Origin: an archaeon
GTDB lineage: Archaea; Iainarchaeota; Iainarchaeia; Iainarchaeales; 1-14-0-10-31-34
Assembly (NCBI GenBank): GCA_043819075.1
Contig: JBDRFE010000009.1
Location: forward strand, 1 to 17,545
Reading direction: 5' to 3'
DNA: 17,545 bases
Shown here: piece by piece, positions 1 to 7,349 of the stretch
Numbering within the stretch: position 1 is the stretch's first letter
How the letters are laid out: every line of letters starts with the position of its first letter
Position numbers and translations under genes: made by a program
The notes under the pieces: model-generated
The model's database searches: none
The model's input: only the letters and a program-made list of their open reading frames with translations
Told to the model about the DNA's origin: nothing

Positions 1-147
1 AAGCATTGAAATTGTTGTTGTTTTTCCTGCGCCGTTGGGGCCAAGCAAGCCGAATATTTCTCCTTCTTTTATTTCAAATGAAACGCTGTCAACAGCAGTC
101 AGTCCATTGAATTTTTTTGTCAGGTTTTCAACTTTAATTGCCGGCAT
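1..147 (-). CDS. ABC transporter ATP-binding protein (5' part, truncated by window edge)
   Basis: Not in ORF track. Manual translation from ATG at 147: [49 protein letters not shown], Walker A GPNGAGKT. Starts 1 nt after the PadR stop. Confidence 0.93.
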   Translation of the reverse strand, partial: MPAIKVENLTKKFNGLTAVDSVSFEIKEGEIFGLLGPNGAGKTTTISML

Positions 148-148
148 T

Positions 149-631
149 TTATTCAATCTCCTTTAATTCTTTAATTGTTTTTCTGAGAATTTTTTCTGCT
201 TCAGCTTTTTTTCCCTGAGGGATTTTTTCCACTGCTTCCTTTAAATCAAAAAAAAGGCCTTGGATTTCGATTTTTTCTTTGCCGAAAATATCCACTGCAA
301 GGTTCCTTAAATGCATTATTTTTTTTCCTGATTCTTTTTTGTGTTCTTTTATTTGGACAAGCATTTTGTTTCCTTTTTTTGTTAATTCAAAAATATTTTT
401 TGAACGCATGCCTTTTTCTGCAACCCTGATTAATTTTTCTTCTTCAAGGTGGTTTAATACAGGATAAACTGTTCCTTTGCTGGGCTTCCACATTCCCTCG
501 GTTTTTTCCCCTATTTCCTTGATTAATTCATACCCTGATTTTGGTTTCCTGTTAAGGGAGTTAAGGATAAACAAAAATAACAGCCCTTTTTCTCTTCCTT
601 CTCTGCAGTGGAACTTCATTATGCCGTTCAT
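149..631 (-). CDS. PadR family transcriptional regulator
   Basis: Motifs [35 protein letters not shown]; sits directly upstream of an ABC ATPase. Confidence 0.92.
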   Translation of the reverse strand: MNGIMKFHCREGREKGLLFLFILNSLNRKPKSGYELIKEIGEKTEGMWKPSKGTVYPVLNHLEEEKLIRVAEKGMRSKNIFELTKKGNKMLVQIKEHKKESGKKIMHLRNLAVDIFGKEKIEIQGLFFDLKEAVEKIPQGKKAEAEKILRKTIKELKEIE

Positions 632-709
632 GATATACTTCTGCTGAGATTTGTTTTTAAATAGTGCGGTTTCGAACCGTTCAATTTCGTACCCTTCGGG
701 TTGTTTGTT

Positions 710-1273
710 TTATTTCCTGTGCTTTTCAAGGATTTTGTTTATTCCCTGCATTTCTTTTTCTGCCGGAACACGAATTTCTTCGCCGAGTTTCCAGTATCTT
801 CCTTTGTGGTAAGCTAACGGCTGTTTTCCCGAAACCCCTGCTTCAATTACTTCGCCTAAAAACATTGAATGGCTTCCTGTGTTAATTTCTTTTGTGACTT
901 TGCATTCAGCGTTTAATGAAGCGTTTTTCACCATTAACGCATGAATTTTTTTTGCTTTATAGAATTCAAATCCTAATTCTTCTAATGCTTTGATTTTGTC
1001 AACTTCTTTTCCTGTATTTCTTCCGCTGATTTTTGCCAGCTTTACTTGTTCAACTGAGCATATGTTTACCCCGAATTCTTTTGTTTTCCTTATGTTTTCT
1101 GATGTTGCGTTATTGCTGTTGTTAATGCATACTGCAATCACTCCGGGGCTGTAAGAAATATGGTGTGTCCATTCTGCCGCCATTAAATTGTTTCCTGCCG
1201 GCCCGTTGCTTGAAATCAATCCTACGTTTGTTATGAATTGTCCGGTTTTTTCGTCTCCCCAAGGCAAATCCAT
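710..1273 (-). CDS. Flavin reductase family protein (FMN-binding split barrel)
   Basis: Motifs NLMAAEW, TSENIRKTKEFGVN, GSHSMFLGEV. Start placed at ATG 1273 (MDLPWG) after a GGAGAGTGG RBS-like sequence. Confidence 0.88.
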   Translation of the reverse strand: MDLPWGDEKTGQFITNVGLISSNGPAGNNLMAAEWTHHISYSPGVIAVCINNSNNATSENIRKTKEFGVNICSVEQVKLAKISGRNTGKEVDKIKALEELGFEFYKAKKIHALMVKNASLNAECKVTKEINTGSHSMFLGEVIEAGVSGKQPLAYHKGRYWKLGEEIRVPAEKEMQGINKILEKHRK

Positions 1274-1419
1274 TAAAACCACTCTCCTGTTTTGTTGTCG
1301 TGTAATTCTATAATGGCACAAAATATTCTTAAACCCTTGTTTATGTTAGGTGCGCCTCACATTATTTAAAAATTCGTGAAAATAAATAGAATTATAAAAT
1401 CCTTTTGCTTATTTATTTG

Positions 1420-1989
1420 ATGGAAATAAGCAGAACGCTTTATGTGGCTTCTTCATCTGAATGGCGTGATTGGCTGAAAAAAAACCATGCAACAGAAAAA
1501 GAAATCTGGCTGGTTTATTTCAGGAAAAGCTCCGGCAAAAAAAGGATTCCTTACAATGATGCTGTTGATGAAGCACTGTGTTTTGGCTGGATTGATTCCA
1601 CTGTAAAAAAAATTGATGAAAAAAGTTTTGCGCAAAGGTTCACGCCAAGAAATCCTAAGAGCCATGTTTCTGAAATGAATAAGGAAAGAATCCGCAAACT
1701 CTTAAAAGAAAACAAAATGACTGAATCGGGATTAAATGCAGTTAAAAATTTTTTTCATCCTGTAAAAGACAGAAAAGAAAAATTTGCTGTTGCGACCGAC
1801 ATTTTAAGGGAAATAAAAAAGAACAGCAAAGCCTGGAAAAACTTTCAAAAATTTCCTTTAGGGTATAAGCGAGTAAGAATTGGATATATTGAATCCCAGA
1901 GAAAGCATTCTGCTGAGGCTTTTCAAAAAAGCCTGAAAAACTTTATCAAAAAAACAGAGCAGAATAAAAAATTCGGAATGCTTCAATAA
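1420..1989 (+). CDS. YdeI/OmpD-associated family protein
   Basis: Motifs WRDWLKKNH, AVDEALCFGWIDS, RFTPRNPKS, AWKNFQK. ATG at 1420. Confidence 0.9.
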   Translation: MEISRTLYVASSSEWRDWLKKNHATEKEIWLVYFRKSSGKKRIPYNDAVDEALCFGWIDSTVKKIDEKSFAQRFTPRNPKSHVSEMNKERIRKLLKENKMTESGLNAVKNFFHPVKDRKEKFAVATDILREIKKNSKAWKNFQKFPLGYKRVRIGYIESQRKHSAEAFQKSLKNFIKKTEQNKKFGMLQ

Positions 1990-2009
1990 GTTAAACAGTT
2001 GATATTAAT

Positions 2010-2028
2010 GCCTTGTCGTAGACAAGGC
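2010..2028. terminator. Perfect hairpin GCCTTGTC-GTA-GACAAGGC downstream of the YdeI gene
   Basis: 8-bp stem about 20 nt after the stop at 1989; terminator role is inferred. Confidence 0.45.
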
Positions 2029-2035
2029 GACATAT

Positions 2036-2075
2036 TTCGGGACTCGCGCTCGAAAGCGCGAAAATGCTCCGACCG
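2036..2075 (-). repeat. Distal att-like direct repeat (tRNA-Glu 3' end plus trailer hairpin)
   Basis: 36/40 identical to 5051-5090; exact core TCGAAAGCGCGAAAATGCTCCGACCG at 2050-2075 and 5065-5090, including the last 11 nt of tRNA-Glu. Confidence 0.92.
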
Positions 2076-2147
2076 AGAACATAATCAGTTGTTCTAATCT
2101 CTGTCAGTTATTCACTCTTTTAATATTCTAATAATACTAATTCTTTG

Positions 2148-2161
2148 TAGCAAAATTGCTA
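2148..2161. promoter_or_regulatory. Palindrome TAGCAA-AA-TTGCTA, candidate operator
   Basis: Inverted repeat about 26 nt upstream of the AbrB-like ATG. Confidence 0.4.
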
Positions 2162-2187
2162 TAAACTTTTTCATAGGGGGTTTAAGT

Positions 2188-2337
2188 ATGAAATTGCAAA
2201 CAGTCAAAAGACCTGATGGGGCTTTACGTTATGTTTTGACTTTGCCAAAGGCAATAGTTGAAGCGAAAAAATGGAAGCAGGGAACAAAATTAAACATTTT
2301 GTTTAATGAAAAGGGAAATATTGAACTGAAGGAATGA
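2188..2337 (+). CDS. Small AbrB/MazE/SpoVT-like DNA-binding protein (49 aa)
   Basis: Not in ORF track. MKLQTVKRPDGALRYVLTLPKAIVEAKKWKQGTKLNILFNEKGNIELKE; LTLPK..V....W..G pattern; AGGGGG RBS-like sequence; 4 nt before next ORF. Confidence 0.8.
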   Translation: MKLQTVKRPDGALRYVLTLPKAIVEAKKWKQGTKLNILFNEKGNIELKE

Positions 2338-2341
2338 TTAA

Positions 2342-2980
2342 ATGAAAGAAGAAAAGATAATAGTTGGGCCTTTAGGTTTCTTTGGCAAAAAAAGGAATTT
2401 ATCTCTTGCAAGCCCAATTCAAGATTTTAATTTTGCTGTTGGAAGAATAAACGAACTTCACTTTGACAAAAAGGTTTCGGCAATGATTCCGCCTGGTCCA
2501 GCAGAATTCACTTTCAGGCAGGAAGGTGTAATTCATTTAGTTGCACAGTTTATGATTTACATGAGAAAAAGAGTTGAAAAATGTAGTTCAAAGGCATCAA
2601 TGAATGGTAATCTTTATGAATATTTAGACGGCATTGATAGAGAATATAAAAAACATTTTAGGGTAAGTCTCAAGAAAATTTTTGATGATGATTATGCCAA
2701 AGTTCATGAGATGATTAGGTTAAGAGGAAACCTTCTTCATGACGAGGCAGGGAACATGCAATGGATAAACGTGGATGGCAAACAAATAGAAGTGAACAAA
2801 GAATTAGTGGAAAAAACATCCGAAATGTTTTCTAGACTTGTAAAAAAACTGGAAGAAGAACTAAACAGAACAGGGCACCCAACACACAAAACTACTCATA
2901 AGAAAGAGGGTAACACTTACGCGATAGAAACAACTTTTGAGAAAGGAATAAACCTAAGTAAGCATATGGGCAAAAAATAA
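2342..2980 (+). CDS. Hypothetical protein, possible HEPN domain
   Basis: 212-aa ORF in operon-like arrangement; RGNLLH (RxxxxH) at 2723-2740 in a helical-looking context. Confidence 0.6.
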   Translation: MKEEKIIVGPLGFFGKKRNLSLASPIQDFNFAVGRINELHFDKKVSAMIPPGPAEFTFRQEGVIHLVAQFMIYMRKRVEKCSSKASMNGNLYEYLDGIDREYKKHFRVSLKKIFDDDYAKVHEMIRLRGNLLHDEAGNMQWINVDGKQIEVNKELVEKTSEMFSRLVKKLEEELNRTGHPTHKTTHKKEGNTYAIETTFEKGINLSKHMGKK

Positions 2981-2992
2981 AGGAATGAGTTT

Positions 2993-3754
2993 ATGGAACT
3001 TAAAGATTATATCTACAAATTGACAGATGAGAAAAAAAAGCAAGAAGCCAGAGAATATCAAAAAAAAGCAAAGAAACAGCTTGACCCGATTAAAGATTTG
3101 CCTGCAGAAGAAAGAATGTTAGCCACAATGTTTGTAATCAATCAAACTAAATCATTTTTTTCTTTGCAAGGATATGAAGGAAAAAGAGTAGATGAATACC
3201 CTTATTTCCAACAGGTTAGAGCAGAAATAGAAAAACATTTCCTGAAAAAATTTTTTGCTTCGAGAAAAAATAAAAGAATTGAAAAGCCAGAAGATACTTA
3301 TATTTACTTTTTCTTTGGCTTATTTAATTCATTAGGGGTAGACATATACAATTTTGATGAACAAACCATTCCAGAAAAAAGATTTAGTTTCACAACAATT
3401 AAAACAGCCACAGGATTATATGCAGATATTTGTGAATTTTTAAAGAAAGCTGGAATCCCATATAAGAAAATGGACACTGTTTTTGAGTTTTCTCCAAGAA
3501 TAAGAAACTCTATTTCCCATTTAGATTATGAAATACAGGAAGATAAAACCATTAAATTCTTTGATAGTAGGCAAAGCCCAAGAAAATTAGTTGATACAAT
3601 GTCCTCAGAAAACTATGAAATGATGTTAAAGAAAATATTTTTGCTTTATCATGGAATTTTTATAGGCTTTTTTGATGCACTGAATCATCCTGAATTACAA
3701 AAAGATATGTTTGACGAAATGGAAAGAGAAGACGAAGAAAAGAAAAAAACTTAA
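2993..3754 (+). CDS. Hypothetical protein, probable HEPN domain
   Basis: 253-aa ORF; IRNSISHLDY (R-N-x3-H) at 3503-3520. Confidence 0.68.
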   Translation: MELKDYIYKLTDEKKKQEAREYQKKAKKQLDPIKDLPAEERMLATMFVINQTKSFFSLQGYEGKRVDEYPYFQQVRAEIEKHFLKKFFASRKNKRIEKPEDTYIYFFFGLFNSLGVDIYNFDEQTIPEKRFSFTTIKTATGLYADICEFLKKAGIPYKKMDTVFEFSPRIRNSISHLDYEIQEDKTIKFFDSRQSPRKLVDTMSSENYEMMLKKIFLLYHGIFIGFFDALNHPELQKDMFDEMEREDEEKKKT

Positions 3755-3756
3755 TT

Positions 3757-3771
3757 GAGTTTGCGTGTGTT
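3757..3771. repeat. 15-bp cassette-end motif GAGTTTGCGTGTGTT (copy 1)
   Basis: 14/15 identical to 4479-4493; begins 54 nt from the stop of the 3811 ORF. Confidence 0.7.
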
Positions 3772-3810
3772 ACAGTAGCCACAACACTGAAAGAAAAATT
3801 AGGGCTTGAG

Positions 3811-4434
3811 TCAAATAAATTCAAACGATTCAACCATTTTGTTTGTGGTTTTTGAATGATTAGAATATCCTTCTTCAGCACCAGTAACATTGATAGCATA
3901 TACTTTGTTGTTTTTTATTGTAAAAATTAAAGCCGTTTTTGCATTATCATTTTCTACGTTATAAGTGTAAATTAGTCTATGGGCAGTATTGCCTGCTAAA
4001 GTTGTTTGGCTTGAGTCAATAATCTTTAAATCTTGCAGTCTTTGGAATTCATTTACTTGAGATTTCGTGTTTTCTGCGTATTCTTCTAAGGTCATTGGTC
4101 GGTCAGTTAAATCTTCTGTCACTATTTGAAATACTACTGCATCAGGATTTCTTACATCAGGTTCATCTATAATATTGGGTGTTACAAAAGTAACTATATG
4201 TCCTTCGAAATTTACTGGTGGCATTCCCCATTCTTCAGGATATTTTATTTTTATTCCATAATCAGCATTTTCGTAAGTTAAAAAATTTATTTCAGGTTCT
4301 GTTACTTTACACTGCTCAACATTGTTGACAACTGAACCATCTGGACAAACGTATTCTTTTATTAGGGGTGTTTGTGTGCAACCAATCAACAATAAAGAAA
4401 AACCAATCAATGTAACCAAAAAAACCTTTTTCAT
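3811..4434 (-). CDS. Lipoprotein with PsbP/DcrB-like domain
   Basis: Signal peptide ending LLIGC; YVCPDGSVV mini-motif; TYENADYGIKIKYPEEW, TTLAGNTAHRLIYTY and MVESFEF resemble PsbP-like domains. Confidence 0.8.
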   Translation of the reverse strand: MKKVFLVTLIGFSLLLIGCTQTPLIKEYVCPDGSVVNNVEQCKVTEPEINFLTYENADYGIKIKYPEEWGMPPVNFEGHIVTFVTPNIIDEPDVRNPDAVVFQIVTEDLTDRPMTLEEYAENTKSQVNEFQRLQDLKIIDSSQTTLAGNTAHRLIYTYNVENDNAKTALIFTIKNNKVYAINVTGAEEGYSNHSKTTNKMVESFEFI

Positions 4435-4446
4435 GCTCTAAAGTAA

Positions 4447-4480
4447 GTTTTAACTTGTATTTTATGCTTTCGGTTTCAGA
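4447..4480 (-). promoter_or_regulatory. 34-bp conserved upstream element, probable BRE-TATA promoter (copy 1)
   Basis: 31/34 identical to 4982-5015; minus strand reads ACCGAAAGCATAAAATAC about 20-40 nt before the ATG; no RBS, so probably leaderless. Confidence 0.75.
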
Positions 4481-4493
4481 GTTTGCGAGTGTT
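4479..4493. repeat. 15-bp cassette-end motif GAGTTTGCGAGTGTT (copy 2)
   Basis: 14/15 identical to 3757-3771; begins 57 nt from the stop of the 4536 ORF; TTTGCG..CGCAAA can pair. Confidence 0.7.
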
Positions 4494-4535
4494 TAACGCA
4501 AAAGGAAACATAGAACTAACAGAATAAATTCTCAT

Positions 4536-4970
4536 TTATTTTTGGGATGCACAATATTCATCTCGTTCTTGAAGTTCTTCTCTAGAACAATATATTCTGC
4601 CATTATCATTTATTGGGTTCTTGCATGCGTAATCTGGCACTCCGCATTGGTAGAAATCATCTAAATCATTTACATATCCTTTTTTGCATTCAGGATGAAG
4701 TGAAGCATACTTTTCAACTTGGTCTGGATTAGTGCAAATATTGTCACAACTAAATGGAAGGTATTTTTCTTGTTCTTTACTACAGCCTATCTTACAATGT
4801 TTCATTATGCAATCAAAATCATAATTCTTTATTATGTCTTGTCCTTTCCCATATTGTTGTAATGCTTCTAATAATTTTTGTTCTGCTTCTCTTTGAGCTT
4901 GTTCTTCTGGGCTCATGCAACCGCTAAACAAAATTAAACCAATTAATGCAATCAGAATCAATTGTTTCAT
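4536..4970 (-). CDS. Cys-rich lipoprotein, unknown function
   Basis: Signal peptide MKQLILIALIGLILFSGC; many Cys in the mature part. Confidence 0.8.
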   Translation of the reverse strand: MKQLILIALIGLILFSGCMSPEEQAQREAEQKLLEALQQYGKGQDIIKNYDFDCIMKHCKIGCSKEQEKYLPFSCDNICTNPDQVEKYASLHPECKKGYVNDLDDFYQCGVPDYACKNPINDNGRIYCSREELQERDEYCASQK

Positions 4971-4981
4971 GCCTTAATAAT

Positions 4982-5015
4982 GTTTAAACTTGTATTTTAT
5001 GTTTTCGGTTTTAGA
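4982..5015 (-). promoter_or_regulatory. 34-bp conserved upstream element, probable BRE-TATA promoter (copy 2)
   Basis: 31/34 identical to 4447-4480, at nearly the same distance from the ATG. Confidence 0.75.
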
Positions 5016-5050
5016 AAAAGCAACATGACTAAGCGAAGCGAATGTCGTGC

Positions 5051-5090
5051 TTCGTGGCTCGCAATCGAAAGCGCGAAAATGCTCCGACCG
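5051..5090 (-). repeat. tRNA-proximal att-like direct repeat
   Basis: 36/40 identical to 2036-2075. Confidence 0.92.
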
Positions 5091-5154
5091 GGATTTGAAC
5101 CCGGGTCTATGGCTTGAAAGGCCACTATGCTTGGCCGGACTACACTATCGGAGC
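5080..5154 (-). tRNA. tRNA-Glu (anticodon TTC), no intron, CCA not encoded
   Basis: Reverse complement GCTCCGATAGTGTAGTCCGGCCAAGCATAGTGGCCTTTCAAGCCATAGACCCGGGTTCAAATCCCGGTCGGAGCA folds into a cloverleaf with T-loop TTCAAAT and anticodon loop CTTTCAA. Confidence 0.97.
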
Positions 5155-5241
5155 TCAACCGTCACGCTCGGTTGGTATGCGTGCACCACTTTCAGTGGAG
5201 CTGGCACTGCCAAAGCAGTGCATTATAACAACTTGGCTGAC
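5155..5241. ncRNA. Candidate structured RNA abutting the tRNA-Glu 5' end
   Basis: GC-rich segment with stems CAACCG/CGGTTG, CCACT/AGTGG, GCACTGC/GCAGTGC and end pairing TCAACC/GGCTGA; family not recognised. Confidence 0.45.
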
Positions 5242-5340
5242 ATGTTTTTTAATGATTTAGTCTTAAAATTATATTAAAACAGTTATTAAAATAAGTAAAC
5301 TATTGTTTTTAAATTTAATGAAAAACTGAAAGGTGAATAA

Positions 5341-5508
5341 ATGGCTAGATTCAAGGAAGCAGACAACAGGCTTTTCGCCAATGTATGGATTTGCATGAGA
5401 TGTAATGCAAAAAACCGTGCAAGTACAGGCAAAAAGCCGATTAAGTGCAGGAAATGCAAGTCAAAAGGATTAAGGTTAAAGAAAAAAGTTCTGAAAAAAA
5501 CCGGTTAG
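5341..5508 (+). CDS. rpl40e: 50S ribosomal protein L40e
   Basis: Not in ORF track. [55 protein letters not shown]; CxxC...CRKC; AGGTGA RBS. Confidence 0.93.
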   Translation: MARFKEADNRLFANVWICMRCNAKNRASTGKKPIKCRKCKSKGLRLKKKVLKKTG

Positions 5509-5509
5509 A

Positions 5510-6328
5510 ATGTTGAGTGAATTTGTTAAATTAATCCGCCCAATGGACTGCTTTATTGCAGCCTTGGGTGCATTCATCGGCTACAGTTTATCAATCAAAG
5601 GCATTGCATTAAATGAAACAGTTTTATTTGCAATGCTTGCAGTATTTTTTGTCTGTGCAGGCGGACAGGCAGTAAATGATTTCTTTGACTTTGAAGTAGA
5701 CAAAAAAACAAACAAGAATAAGCCTTTAGTCAAAGGAAGCATTTCCAAAAACACTGCCTTAATTTTTTCATTAAGTTTGTTTGCAGTTGGAATAATTTTT
5801 TCTTTTTTTATTAATTCAATTGCATTAATTTCTGCAGTATTTTTTTCTCTGCTGTTAATTTCTTATTCTGCTTTAATGAAAAAAATAAAGTATTTCGGGA
5901 ATTTTGTTGTATCCTTTAGCGTGGCATTCACAATACTGTTTGGCGCAATAATTTCAATGAATTTTTTTCTTCCATTCATTTTATTTGTTTCAGCTTTTTT
6001 TGCGAACACTGCAAGAGAAATAATAAAAGACTTAGAGGATTTAGGAACAGAAAAAGGAATAAAAATTACTTTGCCTCAACTGCTTCCGAAAAAAATCGTT
6101 GAAGGAATAATTGTGTTATTTTATGTTATTGCAGTTTTAATCGGCTTTTACCCGTTTTTCTTGGGATTATTTTCTTCTGTCCAGTATCTTTTGTTAATGA
6201 GTTTTTCTGTAATATTTTTTGCCTTAAGCCTTGCAGAATTATTTAAGAAAAATTTTTTGTGTTCCCAACAGCACTCTAAAAGGGCAATGCTTCTGGGCTT
6301 AATAGCTTTTTTGTTTGCAGTAATCTGA
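5510..6328 (+). CDS. UbiA family prenyltransferase, likely digeranylgeranylglyceryl phosphate synthase
   Basis: LIRP N-terminus, NDFFDFEVDK and REIIKDLED Asp-rich motifs, multiple TM segments; follows rpl40e. Confidence 0.88.
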   Translation: MLSEFVKLIRPMDCFIAALGAFIGYSLSIKGIALNETVLFAMLAVFFVCAGGQAVNDFFDFEVDKKTNKNKPLVKGSISKNTALIFSLSLFAVGIIFSFFINSIALISAVFFSLLLISYSALMKKIKYFGNFVVSFSVAFTILFGAIISMNFFLPFILFVSAFFANTAREIIKDLEDLGTEKGIKITLPQLLPKKIVEGIIVLFYVIAVLIGFYPFFLGLFSSVQYLLLMSFSVIFFALSLAELFKKNFLCSQQHSKRAMLLGLIAFLFAVI

Positions 6329-6341
6329 ATTGAGGGAGAAC

Positions 6342-7277
6342 ATGAGGGAATTAATTTTAATGAAAGCAGTTTCTTTTCTGAAGAATTCAGGTTTCACTGT
6401 AAGCACTTTCTTTGACTCAAATTCCTGTTTTGATTTGATTGCAAGAAGAGAAGATTTGAATTTAGTGATAAAAGTTTATTCTAATATTGATGGCTTCAGG
6501 AAAGAACAGGCAGAAGAACTCCAAAAAATTTCAAAGGCATTTAATGCAGTTGTTTTGTTGATTGGAGAAAAAACCAAGGCATTTGAATTAAAGAAAGGCG
6601 TTGTCTATGAAAGACATTCTGTTCCTGCAATGGAATACCATACTTTTGTTTCAATTTTTGATACAGCTGTTCCGTCAATGAAGTTTTTTAAGGGAAAAAC
6701 AATTGTTGAGCTTGATTCAACTGAATTAAAAGAAAAAAGGAATGAATTAGAGCTTACCTTAGAGGAATTAGCTGAAAAAACCGGCATTACAAAAGAATCC
6801 TTGTACAGATTAGAGCATGGATTTAATACAAGCCTTGAAACAGCAAAAAAACTGGAAAAGCTTTTGAAAGCAGATTTGATAGTTGAAAAAAATCTTTTAG
6901 AGGAATTTGTTTCAGCCATGCCTGAAAAACAGGAAAAAATTTTTGCAGAAAACTTTGATGATTCTGCGCTGGAAAAAATCCATTCCCTTGGATTGGATTT
7001 AATTGAATTCAGGCACGCTCCATTCAAGGCTTTTGGGACAAAAAAAGAATTCCTTTTAATTGACAGGGGAAAAGAAAAAAATGAATTGAAAAAAAAGGCT
7101 TTATTGCTTGAAAAAACAAAAGCAGTTTTTGATTCTCATTCCCTTATAATAACAAAAAAGTTTAATCTGAAAAAAATTTCTTTGACTCCTGTAATGGAAG
7201 AACAGGAACTTGATTCTTATTCCAAGATAAACCAGCTATTGGATGAAATAAAGAAAAGGGAAAAACAGGGAAAGTAG
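6342..7277 (+). CDS. Archaeal HTH (XRE-type) transcriptional regulator, COG1395-like
   Basis: N-terminal CFDLIARR..IKV..NID; central HTH LKEKRNELELTLEELAEKTGITKESLYRLEHG. Confidence 0.85.
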   Translation: MRELILMKAVSFLKNSGFTVSTFFDSNSCFDLIARREDLNLVIKVYSNIDGFRKEQAEELQKISKAFNAVVLLIGEKTKAFELKKGVVYERHSVPAMEYHTFVSIFDTAVPSMKFFKGKTIVELDSTELKEKRNELELTLEELAEKTGITKESLYRLEHGFNTSLETAKKLEKLLKADLIVEKNLLEEFVSAMPEKQEKIFAENFDDSALEKIHSLGLDLIEFRHAPFKAFGTKKEFLLIDRGKEKNELKKKALLLEKTKAVFDSHSLIITKKFNLKKISLTPVMEEQELDSYSKINQLLDEIKKREKQGK

Positions 7278-7349
7278 TTTAGCAATTTTTTTTTCAATAC
7301 GTTTTTAAATTGTTGTTAAGTTAATTGTTTTTGATTTAAATGAATTTTA

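Larger units (their letters stand above)
2036..5090. mobile_element. tRNA-Glu-anchored genomic island (~3 kb, no integrase visible)
   Basis: Flanked by direct repeats overlapping the tRNA 3' end; contains only accessory ORFs. Confidence 0.8.

Noticed and set aside
666..701. Two mini-hairpins CGGTT-TCG-AACCG and ACCC-TTC-GGGT
   Set aside because: Stems of 4-5 bp; may be an operator or terminator but too short to support a call.
279..3899. Short ORFs 279-467, 664-885, 1453-1665, 2229-2417, 3660-3899
   Set aside because: Antisense overlaps with better-supported genes.
5155..5241. Second tRNA, split-tRNA half, 5S rRNA or SRP RNA
   Set aside because: No T-loop or cloverleaf, too short for 5S, and no SRP helix-8 motif recognised.
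5047..5277. 76-aa plus-strand ORF
   Set aside because: Antisense to tRNA-Glu; open only because of local GC richness.
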